DNA of 64,000 nucleotides, taken from Balanoglossus misakiensis. Its lineage: Eukaryota > Animalia > Hemichordata. Both the position numbers and the translations under genes were made by a program. The DNA is taken from assembly GCA_040954595.2 (NCBI GenBank), contig CM082577.2, positions 12,841,903 to 12,905,902 of the forward strand, given 5' to 3'. Under the pieces are notes generated by a model. That model saw only the letters and a list, made by a program, of their open reading frames with translations, searched no databases and was not told where the DNA came from. How positions within the stretch are numbered: the first letter of the stretch is position 1; every line of letters starts with the position of its first letter. Positions 36,501-50,400 of this stretch are shown piece by piece.

Positions 36501-38679
36501 CCCCCCCCCCCACCAAAAAAATGTGGTAAAGGGGTCCAACATTTTGCACACCATCACTTTTCGGCAGTCAGTCTGCATTCAAGCCAAAGGAGCAAACCAA
36601 ATTGCAAGAAATACCACGACAATACTAACCGTATAGTAAATAGGTGAACAAGTATCTTCAGGGTGGCCAAAACAGAAATGATTACCCCCCCCCCCCCCAA
36701 GACATGATGGAAGGTTCCAAAAATTTGGACCCACCTCATTTTAGTTCTGGTGGAGCCCCATTGAAACCAAAACATCAAAGAAAATAAAAATTTTCGCAAA
36801 ATATTCTATGAGAAGGGAGTAAATAGGCCAACAAACAACTTCGGAGTGGCCAAAATGGAAGTGCCCCCCCCCAAATAAAAAATGATGGAGGGGCCCTATA
36901 ATTTGCACCCTATTATTTTTGGCCAGGTGGGTCCCCTTCAAAGCAAAAACAACAAAAACAAATTAATTGTAGCCCAAATTCCCATGATAATAGAGTAAAT
37001 AGGCCAACGAACAACTTCGGAGTGGCCACAATTGAAGTGCCCCCCCCAAATAAAAAATGATGGAGGGGCCCTATAATTTGCACCCTATTATTTTTGGCCA
37101 GGTGGGTCCCCTCCAAAGCAAAAACAACAAAACCAAATTAAATGTAGCCCAAATTCCCATGATGATAGAGTAAATAGGTGAACAAATATCCTCGAATGTC
37201 CAATACAGAAGAGACCCCCCGAAAAAAAAATGATGGAGGGGCCCTAAAAATTGCACCCCATGATTTTTGGGTAGTTGGGTCCCCATTGAAGCCAAACAGC
37301 AAAAAAATCAATTTTAGCACAAAAATCCTACGAGAATACATATCATACCACAAAACGGAAGTACCCCCCCCAGAAAAATATGATGGACGGGCCCTTAAAA
37401 TTGCACCCCATCATTTTCGGGTAGTTGGGTCCCCATAGAAGCCAAAACAGCAAGAAAATCAATTTTAGCACAAAAATCCTACGGGAATACTCATCATACC
37501 ACACTATTAGGCCAAAATTTCTCTCTTTGTAGTTAGAATATAAAACTCATTCAAGTTTGACTGACCCAGTATCACTGTGGCTTCATTGGACTACCATTTC
37601 TTATAAATAGCAAAAATCGGCCATCCTGAAAGTGTGTTGAGCATGTGAGATTTTCATCACTCACCTAGGTAGCAAAAAGGTAGCGAGAATCAAAACCTCA
37701 CATCCGGTCTGCCAAATATATATACGATTATTAATTAAGGTGGCATTGCATGAAACCGTCAAGACTTTTTCAGAGGCCTATTTCTCATCAAAGACAAGGA
37801 AGCTGAGTTTTTGATATTTGTTTGAGTTGCAAATATTATCGATCCCCGGAAATGGTGGCGATTTTGGGTGAGAAAAAAAAACATTTTTTGATATTATGTC
37901 ATAAAATTTAAATTAGGTAAAAAAGTTGACCATGCATCATGTATCTTAATATGTCATTCGAAACTAGAGTACACGTGCAAAAAAACTGTAATTTTGTTTT
38001 GCGTTATCTGCTTCCATTGAGGAGTAACAGCGCTTGAAAGTTGGATTTTTAGTAAAATTTGATCAAATTCACGGTGAGTTGTATTAAATCAGAGTTTATT
38101 CCCGCCAGGGACACTTTATCGACTAACAATACCGTTTTGTTGGATGGGTCATACACAATCCCCTGTTAAAATTTGAGCAAATTCGGCCAATGCAGAGCGC
38201 AGCTATTGTAGTCTGAAGTTGTCAAGAGCAGCGAAAATGCAAACTGAGAAAAACGGCCATTTGCATTGTTGACACCTATTTGTTAAGCTGTGAACTCATT
38301 CAGAAAAGTGCTATTTTGGGGTGATTATGCACCATTCCGCCTAGACGTATTAGTCAGGATGTGGGTCAGTATTAGGCCTACCGATTTATGTAAAAAAGTA
38401 AAATTTGGCAAAAATCACAAGTTTTCATGCAATGCCACCTTAAGTAGTCAACGACCCCAGTACTGCTGATCTTGCTGAAAGCTCCATTCTGTAACTGTTC
38501 CCTGTGTTTTCAGTTTTGTTTTGAGTATCAATTTAATATGTGCATTATACCACAACTCTGCGGTGTCTTTTAAAATTCGCTTCCTCTTTGTCAACAGCGA
38601 CGAAGGAGAAAATGAAGTCAATTGGAGAGATATGAAGCTTGTGAACGACAAGAAAGACCGCAAATTTATTCAAGGATGA
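33579..38679 (+). CDS. Small secreted peptide precursor, two coding exons (33579-33715 and 38598-38679), 72 aa
   Basis: Translation MNMKTSTFVLLLGIALVISLFTTDCEA-YSRKGKVEAVREKFRRKIA-DEGENEVNWRDMKLVNDKKDRKFIQG*. GTAAGT donor and pyrimidine-rich CAG acceptor; the phase-2 join stays open. Exon 1 is more secure than exon 2. Confidence 0.65.
34052..37506 (+). mobile_element. Non-autonomous Academ-like DNA transposon with long TIRs built of tandem subrepeats
   Basis: TAGTG...CACTA termini, 3-bp TSD TTA, inverted arrays of ~150-180-bp units, and an internal transposase C-terminal fragment. Confidence 0.8.
35916..36201 (+). pseudogene. C-terminal Cys-rich zinc-finger fragment of an Academ-type transposase
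   Basis: LPP...GW......PAP..VLELIKCGCK..C.GRCSC.KNDLPCTPLCKC, then a stop and an acidic EDNDTDDE tail. Confidence 0.75.
37739..38439 (+). mobile_element. Non-autonomous Kolobok-like DNA transposon (701 bp)
   Basis: 17-bp TIR GGTGGCATTGCATGAAA and TTAA TSD. A second copy lies inverted at 58438-59967. Confidence 0.85.
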
Positions 38680-40488
38680 CACGGGAATTGACGAGACTTG
38701 ACCTTGACCCAGTTTAACGACCTTGCTGATCTCGATCATATGAAACGTTTATCAAGACGATTAATCACCTGTAATCATAGGAATAGACACTTAGCTCTCT
38801 ACTTTACCTATGCCTACACTTGCATGCATGATTATTACTATTCATAGACCTTGAAGAGTTCTGTTTTGGTTGAAATGCACTGCACGTTATCCAAGAATGC
38901 ATACGGCGACTAATATTTATCCATTTCACCATCAAACCTATAGAGCGGATGTACCTCTCACATTGTTGGTAGAATGAATACGAAGCAGTTAATATCGTAA
39001 ACTGCCAATAATGGCTACGTGAAATTTTAAAATCTCAGTTGCAGACGAAATGTCGCGACAATCACCCAATAGGTGATTTTAAGTTTTGTTGGTATGGGCA
39101 TGTCGTAGACCATTTAAAGCATGTACTCTGTAATCTTGAGATTGTAAAATTAAAGTTGATTTTTATCAAACAGGACGTTGGCTTTAAATTGACTCTTTTG
39201 GTCGAAAAATGACTTTTCATTAAAAACTACATATTGGTTCACAACAAGTGGTCATCTTCATCATCAATAAAACATATCTTGAATAGATCCAACGCCTTGT
39301 TATTCCTTTATCTTTATAGAAACGTGCACATCTCCAGAACCGTCGGATCCCTCAAATATGAAATTTGCCTTAAATGAGTATAATTTTCCCAAAAAGCGGT
39401 CAAATTTGTAAAAAAAAAAATGACCACCGATTTGGCAGTTTCGTCAATCCGTCTGATCAAAAGAATAACTTACATGACTGTATGATTCAAAACGGTTACA
39501 AGTACATATCCACTAGAAATGCAAATGAGGATAAATTTGATTTTGACTAAACTGACCACCAACAATACGGTTGGCTCGACTGGGGTTCAGGGTTTGGGGG
39601 GAATGGCTGGGGGTTATATCGGAGTGAACGTGAAACAGGGTCACTATGCAGAATACTCCCTAGCGAAGAAGGAAAATATACACACCTGTTGGATTTAGAC
39701 GGCTAAATTCGAAATTTTCTTCAAAATACACACATTGATATAAACAATCCACAATATTTCTCCCGTTAATAACCTTCAAATAATGAATCTGCCTCGATGT
39801 TTACAATTATGTTGATTATTTCTTGTAGTCAGTACTCGCTATCACTCCATATTCCCACTATGTTACGTGGCCCTACAGAGCTTTATCGGCATATGATAAA
39901 TGTTGAGACGACCCAAAACGGGCCAAACGATCACAGTCGGAAACGACCCATTTCATCAAGTAAACGACCTAAAACAATCACCTTGGGTATTCAGGGGTTA
40001 AATAAACTCCTAAATTCTAGAGAAACGCACCGAAAATACGGTGAAAACCAGCCAGACAGTTGATCATTGCAAATATCCTATATATGACATCAACGAGTTA
40101 AGGGGCCCCATATCGCCTTCCAGCTACACACCTGAAATAGAGTGTTACAATGAATTCTGCCTCCATAGTGTTTGTTGATATAAAATAAAGATCAATAAAG
40201 AATCTTGTTTGTCTTTATATTTGCTTGTTTCAGTAGTTTTCTGTTTACAAATTGCAGTAAATTATTAAGGCATATACACTGCAGTTGTGTGGTTCTGTTG
40301 AAGTATGTGAAAATCAAAATAAATTATAATGAGAAATAAATAACATTGAAAAATGCAGAGCATGAAAGGCGTTAAAACATGTAACAGAAATTATAAATGT
40401 ACAAACAATCATTTACCAACCAGCCAAGCAACCAACCAAACAACCTACCTACCTACCTAATAATACGTACATACCTACCTAATCTACC

Positions 40489-40740
<252 letters not shown>

Positions 40741-40838
40741 TTGTGTAAACATACATGTGTGTATAATCTTGTTATCTTGATTTGGTTTTCACTGAGAAAA
40801 GACGCGTGAATTATGATTAATTAATTTTTATTGGGTGT

Positions 40839-41971
40839 TTAAATCACACACATCGCACATGTTAATTCGTACCCATCTACATACGGTCCACATGGTAAGC
40901 CAGTGCCAACAGGACAACGGCTTTCGACGGAATACAGTCGACCAGCATTGACGGCGTCCACGGTGCTGGGTAACATTCTTCCTTCGATGTCCACGCAAAC
41001 GTTCTCGGTCGTTTGGTAGTCGTACTTGGCAGACATCAAGTAGCCGTGGTAAGCAATGTCCCACCCGGCGGGACAGTCGTTTCTAGCCGGGTGTAGTATC
41101 ACGTTGTTGTGGGACTCATCCAGGCAAACTGCACAAGAGACGTCGTTGTACAGGTTGGATGCGAAGGGACCGCTTGTTGTACGGTATTCGTTGTGATATA
41201 TGTAGCTTCTTTCCAGTTGAGAGCCACTCACAACAACGTTCATGTCATATATTGGTACTCCCGGCAAACACAGATAGTTTCCACCATTTCCAGTGTTGCT
41301 GAAGTATTTGGTGCCCATTATTCCTGAAATAAATACACTGGGGTTACACGTTTTCCATTAGGTATCGAACTTGCTATCCCGTTACTAGATACATTTTCAC
41401 CTGTGATACTCGTATTTTGCAGTAAAGGTGACTCTTTTGTGCCGTCCACGTACTCAGTGGGCAATAAGATCATAGGGTACACATAGCTGAATTTATTTCC
41501 ATGTAATTGTATTTGCAATACTTTATTTCCAGAATGTTTCCAAGTTGTGTCGATGAAATACGAGAGCAGGTACAAATCGAGCTGTGACCCGTAGATTTGC
41601 CTCAGGCTGGTCACATCGATTGATATTGAAAGTGCAGTTACAGCGCGCATATATCGGTATGGTTGGACTTCGAGAACGTATTCGTGTACCATTTTGTTTG
41701 TACTTGTTTTAAGTAAACGTTGGATTAATTTCAGATAGATAAACATTTTCTGTGCACCCCTTAGTGAAACTGAGTAAATATAACCCTTTCACCATCATGG
41801 TTTAGTCCAAATCCATTGTTTAATATGGTAACCCCGGGCCTTTAAAGAAGGAACTGGGGATAAAGGGTAAAGATTTAGTCTCAACATTACCATTATATAC
41901 TTTAGTCGTCGCGGTCGGGCATTCATTGTGACCCCATCTTGTGTACACAACGCCTGTGGTAACGGTCGCAG
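40839..41971 (-). CDS. Short-chain collagen C4 (spongin)-like C-terminal domain; last two exons (41891-41971 and 40839-41323), 5' exons not found
   Basis: VYTRWGHNECP...VYNG|IMG...GGNYLCLP...DVSCAVC...PARNDCPAGW..YHGYLM...VCVD...LPCGPY..GYELTCAMC*. Canonical phase-1 splice sites. Confidence 0.8.
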
Positions 41972-42036
41972 CTGTAGACAAAAAAAATAAGCCTAGTAAC
42001 TGCTAGAATACTTATGCTCGGCTTATTTCTATCAGT

Positions 42037-42505
42037 AACAAGCGGCCTAGCGGCCGATACAGCTCCTCCGTGCACGTGATACGTTGCATTATTATACATC
42101 TGGCAACGAGAACAATATAATTTTTCTTGCGCTGAAATCGCCGTACGGAACGGTTCGCACGGAACGCCCGTTCAGTACGTCGACAGTTTCAAGGCGCACT
42201 GTCAATGCAGACGGTTTCCAGACCCCCTCCAATGTAAACACAAACGAAAGATGGCTGCTCACTGTGTACTGTGTTTCAGCTGAGTGGTTACGATCAATTC
42301 TACCGGCGTTTTAAAATCCAAGTTATATGCAACACAAGAACTAACCGCGATGTAAGATGTTTAATAATAAGGCTGTTACGAAAACACCGTAAAGTATGCA
42401 AATCGGACCAGTGCTTTCTGAGATGAAGATTTTTAACCAAGTGCAGACAAAGGAGAGACGACGACCAATTACCCTAAATGTTAAGCTCCACGTCTGAGCT
42501 AAAAA
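42037..42505 (-). mobile_element. Helentron-associated (HINE/DINE-1-like) element
   Basis: The minus strand starts TTTTTAGCTC and ends GAGCT-GTAT, hairpin CGGCCGCTAGGCCG, then CTTGTT. Confidence 0.55.
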
Positions 42506-44488
42506 GACGATATCAAAGGTATACGGTCGCCGACAATCAGCATATTCCCATATATGACTGAAAAATCTTAGTATTCTAAAGAACATATGGTGGCGCTCTT
42601 TTTTTGCGTATGCCACCAACTGCAAATCTGCGATTGGCTAGATTTCAATTCGCCATGGTAACAGCCGTTCAATTTGCATAGGTTACCGTTTACACTTAGG
42701 CCTAAGCCGTAGTTTGAAGCTTGAAGTTGATATCAGATTGACGCCGCACGAACGAGCTTCGAAATGTTAACTGTAAGAAAGCCAAGTAGCTCAATTGATG
42801 CCAAATTTTAGAAGCAGTGACAAATTTAGGCGAATGAACGTGCTGTGGCGCCGTCCGAACTACACGGCTTGGTGGGCCGCAAACATATGCTTCCTGTTCG
42901 CAGATTAAGATTTTGGAATGTGATTATTACAAATAATATATATATTAAATATGGCGGCGGAGAAGTCTGACACTTTAGGTAGTCAAGGGGTTAAAAAGAA
43001 TTGCATTTTGTTAGGTTGTGTGCGTGTATGATTTTGTACATTTAGTCCGATGTAATTTATACATTTCTTTGTAACCTGCCAGGATTGGATACATACACGT
43101 ATATATTGAGAAATTTCTGTTTTGTAATAACCAGTACTGTCTCTTGCCATTGTAATAACCCGTAATTTCACTTGTCATTAATTCGTGGAGTTATAGTATT
43201 CTGAAAACAAATTGTTTGTGTTTGCCTTGGATTGCTCTGGATTATTCTGGTTGATATAAAGGCTTACATTTACTGTGCACTATGGTGCCTTTTCCCCACG
43301 AATTAAATAACAATTCATTACTGTACACTATGTATGTATGGCGTATTCCCCCTCCCCGCGAATCACAGGACTTCCCTCTTTCGCCGTTTTTGATGTTGCA
43401 AAATACGTTAACTGGACTGAACTTCGGAGTACTGGTCCAAGTGACCGCATACAGGTCTAGCGACACCGATCGTTTGGGAATCTTTTTTACCTTGACCTTT
43501 GTCAACTTGACCCGGATTTGAATTTTTTTCTATTGTCAGTCCTCCAGTGCTAAAAATACATGGCGTTGTTGTAGTATCGGAGTTGCCGATGAAGCGCGAG
43601 TATCGTTTTTAATAAAAGTGACCGGATACTGGTCTAGGGGGTGTAGTCATTAAGCCATGCAAACCAGGTACTGATCGATCAAGTGTCAATGATGTCGACA
43701 TCACACTGAATAAACCCAATTGACGAACTATATAAACCAATGTAAAATATCGACGAGAATTTTATGAAGTACAAGCTTTTCCGTGTCTCCTCCGTTGTAC
43801 ATGCGTTCATCTTGTATACATCGATCGTACACAGTTTTACTAAATGTCAATGACGTTGATCTAGACTACTACACGTGTATCGACACAGAAGGTCGGGTGC
43901 CGCTCCGTGCGTGAAAACTTCGCTTGTTATTGACAGCTAACATTTATCTAAAATTGCCAATGAGGGCTTGATCAAAGACAATAAGATGACAATGAAAACC
44001 GCTTTCCTGAATATCATCAATCAGATCAGAAAGACGGAGCAAAAACAGTGCACAAACACATTAAAACGTCGCGCGGCACTTGCAGTTGACTTCAGGTCAT
44101 CTGACTACTCATTAATATGCGCACGCATCTGATTGGTCACTTCAGTAAACTTTCAGCACCTTTGACCCTATATGAATATTAATGAGCTCTTCCATATATA
44201 GGGATCGGGCAGAGTGATTAACCGGGAGCAACAAGTTTAATATTAATTAATTCTATTTCATCTTGCGACAGTCATAAAAAATTAATTATAATTTCACGCA
44301 TTTCTTAACATATGTATAATTAATACAAGTGTGAAAACATCGAATGCATAAATGAAAGAACACGACACAGCGTCTCCATTTAGCACCTGGTCTCTCTTTG
44401 CAGTGGTTACAATTCTTTGCAAAACACACGTAATTTGTCAACATGTTCATATATAAAATGATCGCAGATTAGCCGCAAACTCGCAACC

Positions 44489-47400
44489 ATGGCTTACCTG
44501 AGAAGCTGTAAAAGGTTACAACATCGTCGTGAAGTACCTTTGAAGTTAACACTCGTCGCTTCATTGGTGATGTTGTCGATGACATTACTGCAGCAAGCAG
44601 GTGAGACACTACATTTGGGTTTTGTATGTTCAGAAAGTTTGAAGTTCCTCAAAACAGGAACTTATAATTATTATCATTGTTTCATGTATGATTGTAATAA
44701 AGACTAAATGTTTAATATCCAGATTGCATCAACGTATTCCATGTTTACGATCGGATGGGTCACGCTGAAGCCTACACGTTTTGTGAGCGATTGGGTCTCC
44801 GCCTTGTTAAAGATGACAGCGAAGAAAAACACACAGCTATACGAAAAACTTCAAAGAAACGAGGCATCGCAGGCTGGTATTCCTGGCTAGATGCTCGACT
44901 GAATGACAACGGAGACGTAGTCACCCGAGACGGGGAAATTTTGACCTACAAGCCATCGGTTGAAAGGATTGCAGGGCAGTGCCTCTCAATTAAGTGAGTT
45001 GAAGATTTTGTATTATATATTAAAACATGAAAAAAACAACGTAGCATAACATAAAGAAATCACATGGAATCATGTGCAGAGGCATGCCATATTCATAGTT
45101 ATATATCAGTTGAGACAGAATTGATTAAACTGTCAATGATATCCATGCAGATGTTACAATAGGCAATGTCTTCAGAACACAATTTTGGCAGTTGCGCACC
45201 GATACCTCGATTTTATGGGAAATTTTAATCGTCAACATTTACCTCATTTGTGTAGTATTAGACCAAGTTTACCTAATTCTCAATTGTCTCCGAGTCTTTA
45301 CCAAATTAAAGGGGAACTGTAGAAAACGTTTTATGTAGTTTGACAGATGTGCGGCCTGACAGGCATTAATGGGGTGAAACTTTAATGTACTTACATTCCA
45401 TTTTAATTCACAGAGATGGAAGCTGGGAATTTTTCCAGTGTTCGGAACCACGTCACCCTTTATGTGAAAATACAAGTAGGTTATAGTTTCATGAAGATTT
45501 TTGCAACTTTTACTCGATTTCGAATTTTTCGGGAAAGAAATGGCGTTGTTTTCTAATCTGCAGCATCTTTCGACTTAACTACCACATGGAATGATATGGT
45601 GGGTGCATACCAGCTATGTAAAAAGCTTGGGTTGCGTCTTCTAACTGACACCACTGACTGGAAAATCAAGCAGTACTGTGCGTCCCTTGGGTGCCGTCAA
45701 GCGCCTGCTCGAGGTGTGTGGATTGATGCTACCATCACGGCAGATGGCACTGTGAAGACAGGCAGTGGTTTGATATTGGAACACACGCATTTTGCTCCTG
45801 ACCAGCCACTCGATGCCGGATCGTGTATAAGAACCACGTGAGTCGTTGTCTGTTCACACTATTTTCCACTATGCCCAACAATATAGACATACTTTTATCA
45901 TTGCTTTCATGACTGTTAAGGCGTTGAAACTTCCGAGATTACATGGCAGTTCACTGATTTGAATATCTGTGTATTGTTACGTTTTCCTATCCCGAAGATT
46001 ACACTCTATTGTTAAAAATCACTTTGCACTGTTTCTGGTATTTTGTCAAGTTTATGTTTTATGTTTTGGTAACTAACTGTATCTGGGTTATCATCTGAAT
46101 TGCAAAGCACAATTTGAACATGATACTTTACAGCTAACGCTGATTGCAATATCATTCCGACCCCGGCCGTACAGCATAATAGACAGTGGATGTAGGAAAT
46201 GTATCAGAAACATGTCCATACAAATTTGACTCTTAAAATTCAAAGTACAGTAATTATTGTAGACATTGTAAACTTCAATAAGCGTTGAATAGTGAATCTT
46301 TATACAGGTGTACTGCGGCTACATGTTTATGGAAAACTGAACCTTGTAATACATACCTGTATGTTGTTTGCGAGGATAACGGTGAGTATTTGATGAATCT
46401 CGTTCATTAATTTTCCTTTTCCTACATGTTTGAATGCCTGTGTAGTTTTGTGGTATGAACACATATACACCTAATGCCACTAAAAACGGAACGTAGACAA
46501 ATGCATACGCGTACATTTATCCGCGTGGAAGGGAGTCACATTGGAAATATCCAAATGTATAATGGACCATTAATTTTTTGCTTTCGGTAAATGGATAATT
46601 GAAATAAAAGTTGTATTAATCATCAACGTGTTCGTGGCGTAACCAGATGAGATAATGCACGCAAATAATATATGGACGCAAATAATTGAAATTCGGCGTA
46701 TTGCCTTGCACATTTGATTTCCACGTACGTTAAATTGTCTGCTTTTAGTGCCTTGTCTACACCAATTGATAAAATGACAGAACTTCATGACCTCTGCGCG
46801 CGACCTGTGCAGTACGGATGTTATTTTCATGAGTGATAAGGTGTATTCTTCTGAGTATTTTTATGAGCGACAGCGAGTAAAAGTACTCCTAAACTTCGCA
46901 AGTTCGAGAGTTAGTATGCACATAATAAATAACGCATGAAATTACTATCACATATGACTACCATAAGCCGAAAACGGAAAGGAAATGATTAAACATGTTC
47001 CTTCAGGAAATGGATGAATTGAAACAAAAGTTGTAATAACCAGGGGAGATTTTGTTGAAGTACATTTTGTTGGATTTTATAGAAGTTTGGCATTGACTGG
47101 AAAGGTGTCTTCCGGGGAAAACGTTATATTCAGTATTACTTTAAATCGTAATTGTCTTTAAATTGATGAAATAAAATTCAAACTTTGCCATCTGTCACAT
47201 TATCTTCCCTTTACATTTGCAACATCCAGATGATGACTTACTTCTTCTGCGGGAGAGGTTGGTCAAGATAAGTGACGATGAATTCAGAACAGCAGATGTG
47301 GTAAGAAAGGATCCAATCATTTGAGACTGATGTAATGCACTGTATTGTATAAAGCCACAAGTTAGTGAAATCCACTTTTTGACAACTAATGCTACGTTCT

Positions 47401-50400
47401 AAATTAATTTCACATAATGCTTTAAGCCACATACTATGTAATTGTCTTTACACGTATATTAAATGTCTCTATGTGATATAACTCTATTGTGACAACTAAA
47501 GCTTCATGCTAAATAATGCTACGCACGGCTGTAAAGCCACATACAAAATAATTGTCTTTTCTCTTTCCAGGGTATTAGTGTAATTGACAAGTTGGGCACT
47601 GTAACCTCTGACCTTTTAAATAAAAGTGTCATATTTGAAGGAAGAATTCTATTTGCAAAAGGTATGGTGATATTTGTTGTTTAAATCAAGATGATTCTGT
47701 GACATCTGTATCCTCCACATATCATCCAATGATGTAAAACGATATTGGTGTCAGGCGCAGAAAAAATATCACCTTGCAATTATAAAGCTTACCGAAAATG
47801 CGTCAACCACAGTTCGTTTGTTTCCACAAATCATGCAAATTATTGTTGGCCGTCAAATATCTTACATTTAGCTTAGAGAAACTTCGAGCATTGGACGTGG
47901 CCAAGTTTTGAATGATACGCTGAATTAGAAGTGGAAGAAAATAATAGTCCGGTCCCCTGCCCGTTAGAGTAGCGCAGCCAACGGTGGGATTGGGGCAGGG
48001 GACCAGACTAAAGGATCGGACTCCATTGTCTCGTCATCATTTTTCCAAATGGATTCAAGAAATGAAATTCATTCAATAACCTTCGGGCATTGGTGTAAGG
48101 CCGAGAAATACAGTCAGACAGAGTGAGGTAGTTTTAAATGCCAGTGTTTACCTATTTCAGAAACACTGAATGTCATGCAAAAAGTGATAGACAGAATGCA
48201 GTCCCTAATTGACGCCAATCCGAACCAGAGGCTGAATCCCGGGCAGGCAAATCACCTGACAAAGAAAATAACGAAAGCATTCGACCAGTTATCAATGTTT
48301 ATACTGAACGAGACTACTTGTGGGCATGGACCAATCATCGCGAGAACTTCTTCTCTTGTTCTACATCTGGAAAAGAACTTTGTGCCCTACTTGAGCAACG
48401 TCACCATAATGATAGGAGATGGGAGTGGATTCAGTATTCCACCTGCAGACAGTATGTTTCCACAATTGTCGCGGGACACAGTCTTGAACAGAATGGTCCG
48501 TATGCAACTTCGATAACAATAAGAAAAAATATCACGTTTATTTATATCAATCATTACTCTATTCTTGTATATGGATATTTGTATAACTATTTGCTGCCAT
48601 TTAACTTTAATGTCACGTCCTGGGTGGCTGTTACTTATATATGTGTTGTGTCATGAACCCGTTGTCATTTTCTTTTACAATATAAGACCATAAACAAAGT
48701 ATCTTTGGTTTAATGTAGAATTCTGGTGTTGTCATAATGCATTCTGGTGCTCGGGGAATAATTTAAGTAAGTCTTTTTTTAGATATTTCGTTTCGGTGGG
48801 AACCCTCATGGGTTGGCAAATAGGACTCATGGCTTCACTACCGATATACTGTCCCTGGAATTCAGAGATGGAGATGGTAATGAGATCAAAGGTTGGTTTT
48901 CATTAAGGCCATCACCTGTTAACTTTGCACCATTTAAACCGGAAATGGCGAAATCCTTTACCTAGAAACCCAGTGACATACTTATAGAAACATACCATCT
49001 TGGATGGCAGAAGTCGATTAATAACTGATTTGTGAATTTAGTTTTGACATCAGTGTAAATTATCACGGAAAATGTTGCTTTTCAGTGAAACATGCATCAG
49101 AGGATCTCGGTGTATGGCTTGGAAATCATCAGACACCTTTTAATGAAAGCATCGTCAGGGGATTATACGTGGAAAGGGAAGGAGTCACTCACTATGCATT
49201 GACAGTAACGGTAATCTTCACATACTATATAAAGTTCACTTATCATTGCATTTTTTTCTGATCTTGTCTGTAACATATTTCTATTTGATCATCTATCATT
49301 ATAGAATGATAAATAATTTGCGTCATTGTTACTTAGGTATCGCTACAGCGATACGCAGATTCCGGTTACCAGCCTTTGGCTTTAATATCAATTTCCTTGA
49401 CATCATTTACAGTGGACATGGCCATAAGTTTCGATTTATCTATAGTTGTTTGACCTGTAAGTTAAGGTACTCTGAAATGGCTAAACAAGACATTGGTGCC
49501 ATTTCAAAAACAGTGTTATCGTTTACCTCACAAACTTCATTGTGTTAACTTTATCTCAATTTCGTATTTTTTTTCGTCGTAGGCGCTATCGGCCTACTCT
49601 GCATTTCAAATCATCGTGGAAGCATCAGTGCCTGTCTTCGAGACTACTACAGCATACGTGTCACTGGAAAGACTTGACGCCGTCGGTGGCCACAGTGGTT
49701 CCCATTATGTAACTGAGTTGGTATTTGCAGGGTGTACAGCATCCATATTTCTACCAGAAGCAAAGGTCACCAGGACGGGCTTGTATTATATAGTCTTTGA
49801 CCTTACCAGTGGTAAGATTGTAGTATTGTTTTTTGATGTTTATGTCACTGTAACATTAAAATATCTACATGTACATATTATAGTATGTAATGCCACGATC
49901 TTGTGATTTCATTAAAGCATAAAGAGCTGCCACTTTTTGCATTTTTTCGTGATTTTTACCTCGTGTGATGATAGCAAGGTAGTGTTTCGCCACTTTTGTG
50001 TCTATCTGTCTGTCTGTCTGTCTGTTAGGGCGACATTTCATCAAAGGCTAATCAGAATACGATCACCTCTATTGCACAGGTTTTATATGCAAATGGAGAG
50101 AACTGGTTACTTTTTGTGGGTGTCATATTAAGCTAAATAAATACATTGCCATTATAAAGTATGTTACAAGTTCTAGTGAAAATAGCGTAATTACCGGCAC
50201 GTTGCCACAAAATCCCCAATTCAATGTTTCTCTGTTGGATTGACTCACATATTGGCGGACATTTTGAATTTAAAATATTAGAAAATATTCCATCGTGACC
50301 CCTGTTTCACTACTATAAAGATACTTCAGTTAATTTTTAGCTCTGCTGTCACTTGTTTCAGCCGAGCTGTAGCAGTAGGTTGATAAGTGTCCGTCCGTCG

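Noticed and set aside
34071-37506. Regular repeats suggesting a CRISPR array (also 50451-51010)
   Set aside because: These are whole-unit tandem repeats with no unique spacers, no cas genes and a eukaryotic transposon context.
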